Shown: positions 28,082 through 35,658 of the stretch, one piece after another
Numbering within the stretch: the stretch's first letter is position 1
Layout of the letters: each line of letters begins with the position of its first letter
Sequence record: AP019418.1
Reading direction: 5' to 3' (one strand)
DNA: 64,000 bases
Translations under genes and position numbers: made by a program
The notes under the pieces: generated by a model
The model's database searches: none
Seen by the model: only the letters and a program-made list of their open reading frames with translations
Told to the model about the DNA's origin: nothing

Positions 28082-28474
28082 TTATTTTAAGACGCCTGCC
28101 TTGTAACCTTTAACAACATTTCTAGCTTCTAACACACTGATCTCGCCAATGTGTTTACGCAGTGCTGTAATAGCATTGATGGTGGGTTCATTATCTGCGA
28201 TATGGCGCCAGTTTCCCTTACCCCTAATAAGTTCAACATCCTGGACATATAGACCATCTTTAACTAGATCCATTGTTTCCACCAACTTTTCGACTTCTTT
28301 AGTTAGATGCGTATGAAGACTGGCGAGGGACATGTCAGTCATTTGATGCACGTCATAGAGAAAATCTCTATTATCAGAAGACGATAAAATCTTTTTGGCG
28401 AGTTTATTTACAGTGTCGATGTTTGCTGCAATTGAAATTAGCAGCCAGGCATATTTCTCTGCGTTATAATTCAT
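28082..28474 (-). CDS. early protein with C-terminal ribosomal bL12-CTD-like motif
   Basis: TINAITALRKHIGEISVLEARNVVK aligns by eye with bL12 [24 protein letters not shown]. Confidence 0.55.
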   Translation of the reverse strand: MNYNAEKYAWLLISIAANIDTVNKLAKKILSSSDNRDFLYDVHQMTDMSLASLHTHLTKEVEKLVETMDLVKDGLYVQDVELIRGKGNWRHIADNEPTINAITALRKHIGEISVLEARNVVKGYKAGVLK

Positions 28475-28502
28475 TAATACATACCCCTATTTAAAATTGG
28501 AT

Positions 28503-28646
28503 TTAGTTTAGTGCAGTGATACTACGAATATCCAATTCATGTAAATCAAATTTCATTAGGAACTCATTCACCGCTTGCTGAATAGTGTACCCACTCGGAG
28601 ATTCCCACTGGGTACCATTAAAAGCAATAATACGATAACCTACCAT
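28503..28646 (-). CDS. small unannotated protein (47 aa)
   Basis: GAGGA RBS; MVGYRIIAFNGTQWESPSGYTIQQAVNEFLMKFDLHELDIRSITALN. Confidence 0.65.
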   Translation of the reverse strand: MVGYRIIAFNGTQWESPSGYTIQQAVNEFLMKFDLHELDIRSITALN

Positions 28647-28670
28647 TTTTTATTCCTCTAATCACAAAAT

Positions 28671-28696
28671 AAATACCCTCCCGAAGGAGGGTATTT
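28671..28696 (-). terminator. terminator
   Basis: AAATACCCTCC-CGAA-GGAGGGTATTT. Confidence 0.8.
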
Positions 28697-28702
28697 ATAT
28701 CG

Positions 28703-29182
28703 TTACCAATTGATTACAGCGACAAACTCAAATACCCGACACAATTCTTTATCACGATGGGCATGATGAAAAGATTTACCTTCAATACCGCAATACGGAT
28801 AAAACAATTTTCGGTGTTCCGTGTCGCCGAACCAGAAGGTGGTGTTATTGGAATCAACCACACCATGGATAGCCACATCACGAATGTACTGAAATACATG
28901 AACTGCCTTATCAGTGATCACTCGCAGTTCTACACCGTGTTCCTTCATCATAGCCAGGATGTCTTCCTTGGTGTAATCTGCTTGTTCAGCATTGGTCATG
29001 ATCTTGTGAGTCAGAGAACGCTTTTCCTTGTCACCGAAACAGATACAGACCAATTGCACCAACTGACCTTCTACCTTGAGACCACTGGTCGGTTTTAGTA
29101 GAACGAACTCATCATATTTGTAATCATTGGTGACAATCAGTGCCGACTTATTGCGAGTGACAATACCTAAGCTATACGACAT
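28703..29182 (-). CDS. early hypothetical protein, possibly degenerate Ntn fold
   Basis: 159 aa, AAGGA RBS; weak by-eye similarity to 53211..53942. Confidence 0.65.
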   Translation of the reverse strand: MSYSLGIVTRNKSALIVTNDYKYDEFVLLKPTSGLKVEGQLVQLVCICFGDKEKRSLTHKIMTNAEQADYTKEDILAMMKEHGVELRVITDKAVHVFQYIRDVAIHGVVDSNNTTFWFGDTEHRKLFYPYCGIEGKSFHHAHRDKELCRVFEFVAVINW

Positions 29183-29194
29183 AATTAATTTTCC

Positions 29195-30196
29195 TTATTT
29201 TAGAGTATGTTGGACCTTGTGGATGTCTTCCAGGCTAGTACCCAGACCAGAAGCCATGTAGATATGTTCCTGGCCTACACGCTTGTGGAAACCAAGCAGA
29301 GCATCTACCGGATTTTCAATGGGGAAGTATTCGGTATTGTTGCAGTCCCAAGCAAACTCCCATTCTCCATCACGAATCTCTATTTTGTTAGCACTGAGGT
29401 AAGTGATATTGATGGTATTTACAGTGGCATTACCACCAATGAGGTAGTACGATCCTTCATTGCTACGAACATCGATCCTACCGCCATCGATAGTGTCCTG
29501 ATAGTAGAAACCACGGTCGAAGAATAACTTCAGCATCGAAGTGAAGTAGCTGTTCAATACAGCTTGAGCATCTTTCTCTTCGGCCACCCATTTTCCATCA
29601 ACGATGTTATTCAGGTAATTACGATCATGATTGATCCCGACATTATCCACGATGTCAGCGTAGTTCTTATGGAACTTAGCAATCTCGTACAAACGTTCCA
29701 GAGCAGCAAAACGGAAAGGGCTGGTGGGATGTAGAGCCAGAATGATCCGACCTACGTTCCACAAACCGGTCCCGTTGACCTCGTAACTTTCTTCGAGGTA
29801 ACCTTTGATACCACAGTTAACTTCAAGTTCATCTGCTGGGAAACCGGTGCGGAGCCGCCTACGGATAGCCAATAGTACCGATTCGGATTCTTCCGGATCG
29901 AACAGGTCTATGCCGAAAGTAATCCAGCTACCACGTACTTTGTGCTGGTATGCCAGGCGTACAGTATCACCGAATGGAGAAATGAACCAGCGTTCGTCTT
30001 CCGATACGACCAAATGGCAACCACATTGCCACAGGGTACTTAGAGGATCATTAGAGGCGAGAATGCGCTTGGTGTCGTTCATATCCGACGAAGTATCATC
30101 TGGACTGCCACGTAGGTGTGTCAGAATAAACAGAAGCGATGATTCTGTAGTTTGAGCACTCAACATTGCGCGAGTGATGGTTGCATTGATGATCAT
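29195..30196 (-). CDS. early hypothetical protein (gp015 position)
   Basis: 333 aa, AAGGA RBS, host-like codon usage. Confidence 0.8.
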   Translation of the reverse strand: MIINATITRAMLSAQTTESSLLFILTHLRGSPDDTSSDMNDTKRILASNDPLSTLWQCGCHLVVSEDERWFISPFGDTVRLAYQHKVRGSWITFGIDLFDPEESESVLLAIRRRLRTGFPADELEVNCGIKGYLEESYEVNGTGLWNVGRIILALHPTSPFRFAALERLYEIAKFHKNYADIVDNVGINHDRNYLNNIVDGKWVAEEKDAQAVLNSYFTSMLKLFFDRGFYYQDTIDGGRIDVRSNEGSYYLIGGNATVNTINITYLSANKIEIRDGEWEFAWDCNNTEYFPIENPVDALLGFHKRVGQEHIYMASGLGTSLEDIHKVQHTLK

Positions 30197-30267
30197 GAGA
30201 TATCTTCCTTTTTGCAGTTTATGAATATATTGCTAAATAAAAAAATAATACGATGTAGAAAATAAAA

Positions 30268-30285
30268 GGGAGTCCGAAGACTCCC
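30268..30285 (-). terminator. terminator
   Basis: GGGAGTC-CGAA-GACTCCC with U-tract on minus strand. Confidence 0.85.
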
Positions 30286-30300
30286 ATTATTGCGTGTAAT

Positions 30301-31413
30301 CTATTTGATGATAACCGCTTTAGAAAGAGTTTCCATACTTCCAATAACTAATTTGGATTTCTCTTCTTCAGGGTTCTCCATTGCTTCATGCAGGAGTTCA
30401 CCGATGGTTTTGGGTTGAACATCATCACTGATTTCACGCGAGCATGCCGAGTCGTCGTACATATCAAACACATTCAGATCATCATCATCCAGGGGCGTGA
30501 TGTCATTCCATGAATAGCTTGATTCATCCGAGGTATCATCAGACTCACCATACTGTTCACTGAGGTCACGGTCCAGTTCAGCCTCATACATCTCGCTAAT
30601 TGCTTTATCGTCTTCTTCTTGCGCCTTACGACGAGAAGTCTTGTAGAACGGAAGCAGGCGTTGCAGGACTTTATGGAACTTCTTCTTGCTGATCAACCAG
30701 CTAACAGAGTAGCGAGACAGCTTTACTTCAGCTGCTTTGATAGTCGGATCGGAGTACAGCGCCATGACTAGCTTGTCCAGTTTGTGCAGATGATCTTTAA
30801 ACGAGTTTGCATAAGCAGGATGTTCCCGAAGAGTGAACATCACAAACGAACGCATGTCAGTGATATAGTACTGACTGTGATGTTTGTTGATTTCGATGTA
30901 TACCGGATCTACTGCGCGGTTATAATCGAATTCCTCTGCCCAGGTAAGGCTACGTACTTTAGTAGGACGAGGACCTTCTGCCCAACGAACAGTCGGATGT
31001 TTCTCACGGATGTTCCAACCATGATTGCGATCATACTCGGTTGACTCTTCTTTGAACCAGGTGAAATTACCTTCACCGCGCGATACAATACCACGGCACC
31101 AACTGACGTTGATTGCCTTGTTACGGCTTTCAGTAAGATCACAGGGCATGTCCAGAATAGCGACATAACTGTTATGACCATTGGCCACAACGCCGAGAAC
31201 AGTAGCTTCGAATGTCTCGTAGCGCTGTCCAGGATACACACGTTCATTCTCATCCAGGTAACGAAGGGAGCAGGATTCGAAGATAGCACGAGTACCGGCA
31301 GGGAAATGGGCACGACCGAAAGGTTGTTCGGCCTTTCTTTCTTTACGACGGCTGATAACCCATTCCAGTTTTTCTTTGGTCAGACGGGTTACGGGTTCAC
31401 GATATTGTTTCAT
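30301..31413 (-). CDS. probable phiKZ014-like early ribosome (5S rRNA)-binding factor
   Basis: 370 aa, basic N-terminal part and acidic C-terminal tail; tenth large ORF counting from DHFR (gp004); identity rests on gene order and recall. Confidence 0.6.
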   Translation of the reverse strand: MKQYREPVTRLTKEKLEWVISRRKERKAEQPFGRAHFPAGTRAIFESCSLRYLDENERVYPGQRYETFEATVLGVVANGHNSYVAILDMPCDLTESRNKAINVSWCRGIVSRGEGNFTWFKEESTEYDRNHGWNIREKHPTVRWAEGPRPTKVRSLTWAEEFDYNRAVDPVYIEINKHHSQYYITDMRSFVMFTLREHPAYANSFKDHLHKLDKLVMALYSDPTIKAAEVKLSRYSVSWLISKKKFHKVLQRLLPFYKTSRRKAQEEDDKAISEMYEAELDRDLSEQYGESDDTSDESSYSWNDITPLDDDDLNVFDMYDDSACSREISDDVQPKTIGELLHEAMENPEEEKSKLVIGSMETLSKAVIIK

Positions 31414-31510
31414 GGTGTATTTTCCTTTTTACGATTAATTTGGATTATGTACATCCCAATGCATCCTTTCCAAGATACATTGGGATGGAGTCTCCGAAGA
31501 GACCCATCTA

Positions 31511-32113
31511 TTATTCCTGGGTCAGTTCCCCAAGACGACCTTCAGCTTTCATACGGCGGATTTCCGAAATGGACTTACCGTATTTTGCAGCCAGTTCCTT
31601 TACGGTGCCTTCAGGGGCAGGTTTATTCATGTTGCGAAAGTTTTGCTTGGCGATGTTGTAGTTTTGAGCTTGAAGAGTTCTCAGCTCAGAACGAACCAGA
31701 GCATTGCCAATGCACTGAGAGGTGAAAGTGACCATGAAAGACTTCAGCTTATCACGGTACGTATTGACCCATGCACAGGATTCATCCACGTGCGTGCACA
31801 TGTACTCGGCGGCTTTGGCATATTCCAACAAGCCGACTGCATCTGGTCCAACATCCTGGTAAACCATTTTGTTGAAAAGGCCCAGTGCGATATCAGATGC
31901 ACGTTCAGCTGTAATGAAATCGATTGCATCATTAATGATCAACGTTTCCAGATCTTTGAACTTAACCGCATCGTTTTTGATCAACGCCAGCATAGCGTCA
32001 ACCTTTACGGTCAACATCATGTCTTCATTACGACGATTGACCAGTTCATTGGTCTGCTCTTGGGTGAACACATGGTCCACGTTTTGGAAGACTTTCGACA
32101 GACGACTATCCAT
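31511..32113 (-). CDS. early protein with C-terminal HTH
   Basis: C-terminus TVKELAAKYGKSISEIRRMKAEGRL is a typical helix-turn-helix. Confidence 0.65.
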   Translation of the reverse strand: MDSRLSKVFQNVDHVFTQEQTNELVNRRNEDMMLTVKVDAMLALIKNDAVKFKDLETLIINDAIDFITAERASDIALGLFNKMVYQDVGPDAVGLLEYAKAAEYMCTHVDESCAWVNTYRDKLKSFMVTFTSQCIGNALVRSELRTLQAQNYNIAKQNFRNMNKPAPEGTVKELAAKYGKSISEIRRMKAEGRLGELTQE

Positions 32114-32290
32114 TTATTTATCCTCATTTACAGTGAATGCAAACATAGTACATTTCGGTTTAGCCGGATGTTGACACCATTCCTTCGAAACCTTACCTTC
32201 GGGTTTGGTCAGTTCATAATAGAACTCACCGCAAGCAGCAGCGAGTCCCATCAGAACTGCAAGAAAACCTACACCTATTTTGGTTTTCAC
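32114..32290 (-). CDS. small putative lipoprotein (58 aa), not in ORF track
   Basis: GTG start overlapping upstream TGA; MKTKIGVGFLAVLMGLAAAC lipobox-like signal; stop abuts next ATG. Confidence 0.65.
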   Translation of the reverse strand: MKTKIGVGFLAVLMGLAAACGEFYYELTKPEGKVSKEWCQHPAKPKCTMFAFTVNEDK

Positions 32291-32685
32291 TTAGCGATGA
32301 TCCGTTGTACGAAATGTTGGAGATTTGCAACCAGCCGATCGAACTCTTCCTCGGTCAGCTGATCACGATGAGATTCCAGAAGTACTTCTACCTCCGGAAG
32401 AACGTTCAGAGCGATGTCCAGCTGGATACGCGAAATGAACTCTGCGACATCCAGTTCACGATCACGACGAAGATGATTTACCAGCTTGCGATGTTGTTCA
32501 CTGTTACAGTAGGTGGAGATCTTATCGATAAGAATATCAGAGATACTGCTTTCGATCTGTTCGGCTACAGCCTGACCGTCTTCCTTTACGGTAGCTTTGA
32601 CCGCGAGGATGGCAGCAACGGCTGTTGCGCCAACTGCCAGTGCAATAAGACCAAGACCAAGTGCGTTTTCTTTGATGAAGTTCAT
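32287..32685 (-). CDS. N-terminally membrane-anchored early protein
   Basis: ALGLGLIALAVGATAVAAILAV TM segment followed by helical domain. Confidence 0.75.
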   Translation of the reverse strand: MNFIKENALGLGLIALAVGATAVAAILAVKATVKEDGQAVAEQIESSISDILIDKISTYCNSEQHRKLVNHLRRDRELDVAEFISRIQLDIALNVLPEVEVLLESHRDQLTEEEFDRLVANLQHFVQRIIAK

Positions 32686-32690
32686 ATTGA

Positions 32691-33032
32691 TTATCCTTTC
32701 AAAGTTGCATCATCATTGAAGATATCAGGACCCACCGAGAGACTTCCCAGAAGATCCGGAGCAATGTAAACAGAGTTGAGGGTTTCGTATACACCGGTAA
32801 CAGCATCTACGTTAACCAGGCTAGAACTGCGCATGGGTACCCATTCACCGTTACGGAAGGCTTCACCGACCAGTACACGAACATCATCTACGTCAGTGCG
32901 GTTCGGCCATAGATCCTTACCTTCTACTATTTTTACATTACGAGCATGGTAGACCAGTTTACCATTCATGCGAGCAACGATATTCGGACGGCACATGTTG
33001 TCGATTACTTTAACTGCTACGGACTTTTCCAT
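32691..33032 (-). CDS. early hypothetical protein
   Basis: 113 aa in coupled run. Confidence 0.7.
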   Translation of the reverse strand: MEKSVAVKVIDNMCRPNIVARMNGKLVYHARNVKIVEGKDLWPNRTDVDDVRVLVGEAFRNGEWVPMRSSSLVNVDAVTGVYETLNSVYIAPDLLGSLSVGPDIFNDDATLKG

Positions 33033-33042
33033 TTTTATTTCT

Positions 33043-33192
33043 CTATTTAGTTACGAGCATTTCTTGACCATTGGGACCGATACGATGACCGAGGATAACA
33101 GTTTCATTAGAAATAGTTTGCTCTTCAAACTTAGCGTTTACAAACAGTCCACCAAAAGTCAAACCAATAACCACTAGTGCGAATGCTTTCAT
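33043..33192 (-). CDS. small signal/TM protein (49 aa), not in ORF track
   Basis: MKAFALVVIGLTFGGLFVNAKFEEQ...; AAGGGA RBS; first gene behind an early promoter. Confidence 0.7.
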   Translation of the reverse strand: MKAFALVVIGLTFGGLFVNAKFEEQTISNETVILGHRIGPNGQEMLVTK

Positions 33193-33202
33193 TTTTAAAG
33201 TC

Positions 33203-33249
33203 CCTTTTTACATTAATTGAAGGTTAAATATCAAGTTAGTAATATACTG
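33203..33249. repeat. 47-bp direct repeat (promoter-leader-RBS), copy 1
   Basis: CCTTTTTACATTAATTGAAGGTTAAATATCAAGTTAGTAATATACTG identical to 35054..35100. Confidence 0.9.
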
Positions 33250-33255
33250 TTTAAA
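33239..33255 (-). promoter_or_regulatory. phiKZ-type early promoter
   Basis: TTTAAACAGTATATTAC on minus strand. Confidence 0.85.
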
Positions 33256-33282
33256 TATGTTTGAATAAGGGAGTAGTAGTTA

Positions 33283-33543
33283 TTACATATCGTGCAGGTA
33301 GGTCTCATCAATGATGGCACGGGCTAGCTCAATGAGACTATCTTCATCAACAACAATGTTACCATCTTTCCAGGTAGCGCTATGGGATAACCAGTTACGG
33401 TAATCCTTACCTCGTACAGGATTGATGCATACCTGACGAGTAGCTGCATCACGGTCACCACGGAAACCCATGATAGCACGTGCACGACGGATTGCTTCTT
33501 TCTCCAAGTCTTCGTCAGATTTAAAAGTCAGGAAAGTTGTCAT
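33283..33543 (-). CDS. early hypothetical protein
   Basis: 86 aa, AAGGA RBS, own promoter. Confidence 0.75.
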   Translation of the reverse strand: MTTFLTFKSDEDLEKEAIRRARAIMGFRGDRDAATRQVCINPVRGKDYRNWLSHSATWKDGNIVVDEDSLIELARAIIDETYLHDM

Positions 33544-33588
33544 AGTTTGATTCCTTTTTACTGATTTAATAGGTTTAATTACACTGTT

Positions 33589-33605
33589 GTGATATACTGG
33601 TTAAA
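33589..33605 (-). promoter_or_regulatory. phiKZ-type early promoter (variant)
   Basis: TTTAACCAGTATATCAC; 33592..33623 identical to 35093..35124. Confidence 0.75.
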
Positions 33606-33624
33606 ATGGTTTGAATGTATTATT

Positions 33625-33957
33625 TCATTTCCACAGACGACAATAGTCATCTACATGTCGAGTGATTTCTGCAACAGCCCTGAGTCGCCGGCGGCCAGTT
33701 AATTTAGAGCAGTGTTTATTAACTAATGTATCAACAGTTTTACGTAACCTAACACAGCGTTCTTCATTAGGTATATCTTGTTCGATAAACAGGCTAGTTA
33801 ATTTATGGATTTCCATATGGATTTTCTTACATACATCGTTAGCCGATTTTTCTTCATTTAATTTGTTGTATGATTCGACTAACTTAACAATAGTTGTAGC
33901 AACAGTAGTTGCGGCAACAAAAATTTGAATACCATTGATAAAATTTTTATTAAACAT
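33625..33957 (-). CDS. early protein with N-terminal hydrophobic helix
   Basis: 110 aa, GIQIFVAATTVATTIVKLV; GGAG RBS. Confidence 0.7.
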   Translation of the reverse strand: MFNKNFINGIQIFVAATTVATTIVKLVESYNKLNEEKSANDVCKKIHMEIHKLTSLFIEQDIPNEERCVRLRKTVDTLVNKHCSKLTGRRRLRAVAEITRHVDDYCRLWK

Positions 33958-34009
33958 TTTTAAACTCCAACTAATGTATTAAAAAAATATGTCTATATTG
34001 AAAATAAAG

Positions 34010-34027
34010 CCCTCCCCGAAGGGAGGG
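34010..34027 (-). terminator. terminator
   Basis: CCCTCCC-CGAA-GGGAGGG. Confidence 0.8.
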
Positions 34028-34058
34028 TGTATGTCGCCAATAAGTGTTACTAATTTAT

Positions 34059-34271
34059 TTAGTTAGTTTGACCATACGTTCTTTCAAAGTTGTTTACATC
34101 ATAACCTGAGTGGTGTGTTGCAGAACCACCTGAAGTAGTATCTATAATCTTAACTACCACTTCATCATTTTCAATGTAAACCGACAGTTTATCTCGCATA
34201 AAATCCACGTGGTCATTTCGAGAACGTAGATATTTCATTACAGCTTCGCCACTGATTTTACTGTTAGCCAT
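34059..34271 (-). CDS. small early hypothetical protein
   Basis: 70 aa, GAGGA RBS. Confidence 0.7.
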   Translation of the reverse strand: MANSKISGEAVMKYLRSRNDHVDFMRDKLSVYIENDEVVVKIIDTTSGGSATHHSGYDVNNFERTYGQTN

Positions 34272-34273
34272 TA

Positions 34274-34510
34274 TTATTTCCTCGATTGATTCCAGTTAAA
34301 ATTATCTTTTGCATTTTTAGTGAAGAACCCGTTACCCCAACCAAATGAGTATCTAAAGTCCTTGATTACACCAACATCCGAATCGATAACCTTATATTCA
34401 ATGACTTTATCACTATTCTCCAGAATGACTAAGATCGCGATAAGATCTTTAGGATCACCTACAGTCAATTCATGTCTTTCAGACTCGTCTCTGTGGATAA
34501 CGATGTACAT
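34274..34510 (-). CDS. small early hypothetical protein
   Basis: 78 aa, GAGGA RBS. Confidence 0.7.
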   Translation of the reverse strand: MYIVIHRDESERHELTVGDPKDLIAILVILENSDKVIEYKVIDSDVGVIKDFRYSFGWGNGFFTKNAKDNFNWNQSRK

Positions 34511-34527
34511 GGTACTTTATCCTCTAA

Positions 34528-35043
34528 TTATACCCATTTAGTTACTGGGAGTTCGAAGGTTTCACACAAGTCGAGTACTTTACGATGTTCCAAGTTATTT
34601 TCTGGATAGAAGGTAATGGGTGTAGTCGGACTACCCCAATTAACACGACATCCAGTTTCTTTATGGATTTCGCCAAGTACAGTATATGCACCTGCCCCAT
34701 CTGCATAACCCATTTGATTAGGGTTAACGCAGATTTGAGTAAAACGCTCCGTCAATACTCGATTAATAGTGATGGTCAAGAGACGAACGAACTCACGAGT
34801 CTTCTCGATGTCGTCTACCCAGAATTCCAGAAGGATCCATTTCCCATGAGGGTTATCATGCCCACCTTGGAAGAATACACAGAAACCTTCTTTTGCCTTA
34901 TAAAACTCGTGATTGGTAATGTTACATTCAACCATTTGTTTCACTGCATGCCATACACGCTCGGTGACATAATCACCATAAAGTTCGATGCAGTGACCAC
35001 GGCCAGGGAATTGTTCTTTTTTAGAAAATTTAATTTCGAACAT
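34528..35043 (-). CDS. early protein with degenerate KH-like C-terminal domain
   Basis: ICVNPNQMGYADGAGAYTVLGEIHKETGCRVNW resembles the type I KH consensus. Confidence 0.6.
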   Translation of the reverse strand: MFEIKFSKKEQFPGRGHCIELYGDYVTERVWHAVKQMVECNITNHEFYKAKEGFCVFFQGGHDNPHGKWILLEFWVDDIEKTREFVRLLTITINRVLTERFTQICVNPNQMGYADGAGAYTVLGEIHKETGCRVNWGSPTTPITFYPENNLEHRKVLDLCETFELPVTKWV

Positions 35044-35053
35044 GGTATAGATT

Positions 35054-35100
35054 CCTTTTTACATTAATTGAAGGTTAAATATCAAGTTAGTAATATACTG
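35054..35100. repeat. 47-bp direct repeat (promoter-leader-RBS), copy 2
   Basis: Identical to 33203..33249. Confidence 0.9.
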
Positions 35101-35106
35101 GTTAAA
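35090..35106 (-). promoter_or_regulatory. phiKZ-type early promoter
   Basis: TTTAACCAGTATATTAC on minus strand. Confidence 0.85.
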
Positions 35107-35137
35107 ATGGTTTGAATGTATTATCGGTAGGGGAGGG

Positions 35138-35551
35138 TTACCCTTTTAACTTTTTAATACTATTGGATAAGTACATGACACTACGGAAAATTTTGAATCT
35201 TGAAAAGTATTCACGTACTTCTTTTTTAGTCAATACAAGTCTTCCATCTTTGTTTACATTATCACCAAAGACAATTTCCTGAGTATTCTTCCATAAAGAT
35301 CTATAAAGATAACAGCCGTGTGGTGCATCACACCAATCATAGATCTTAAGTTCAAATTCAACTTTGTCGACAATATCATCATCAAATAAAATAGTATTTC
35401 CTTTACTATTTAATTCCATTAACTCATTTGCACAATTTATTGCAAACTCAACCGCTGCCCAGGTTCTACCACCGCTGAACATATCTTTACTTAATTTATT
35501 TAGATCGATAGCATTATAAGTTGTTTTCTTAGTGTTTTTCATGGACTGCAC
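35138..35551 (-). CDS. early hypothetical protein
   Basis: 137 aa behind an early promoter. Confidence 0.7.
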   Translation of the reverse strand: MQSMKNTKKTTYNAIDLNKLSKDMFSGGRTWAAVEFAINCANELMELNSKGNTILFDDDIVDKVEFELKIYDWCDAPHGCYLYRSLWKNTQEIVFGDNVNKDGRLVLTKKEVREYFSRFKIFRSVMYLSNSIKKLKG

Positions 35552-35593
35552 CCCTCAATAATAAATAGAATAATCTGTATTTAATTCACCTTT

Positions 35594-35610
35594 GTAATAT
35601 ACCCTTTAAA
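35594..35610 (-). promoter_or_regulatory. phiKZ-type early promoter
   Basis: TTTAAAGGGTATATTAC on minus strand. Confidence 0.85.
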
Positions 35611-35632
35611 TACATTTGAATACATGACATAA

Positions 35633-35654
35633 AGCCTTCCCCTGGGGGAAGGCT
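35633..35654 (-). terminator. terminator after DHFR
   Basis: AGCCTTCCC-CTGG-GGGAAGGCT. Confidence 0.75.
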
Positions 35655-35658
35655 ATTA

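Noticed and set aside
28757-35067. Long plus-strand ORFs in the track (28757, 29207, 29805, 31174, 31643, 32305, 34585 and others)
   Set aside because: Antisense shadows of codon-biased minus-strand genes, with no RBS or promoter and against the operon direction
33203-35124. Repeats as a CRISPR array or IS ends
   Set aside because: Irregular spacing of 0.35-1.9 kb with whole genes between them; they contain promoter and RBS motifs; no cas or transposase gene
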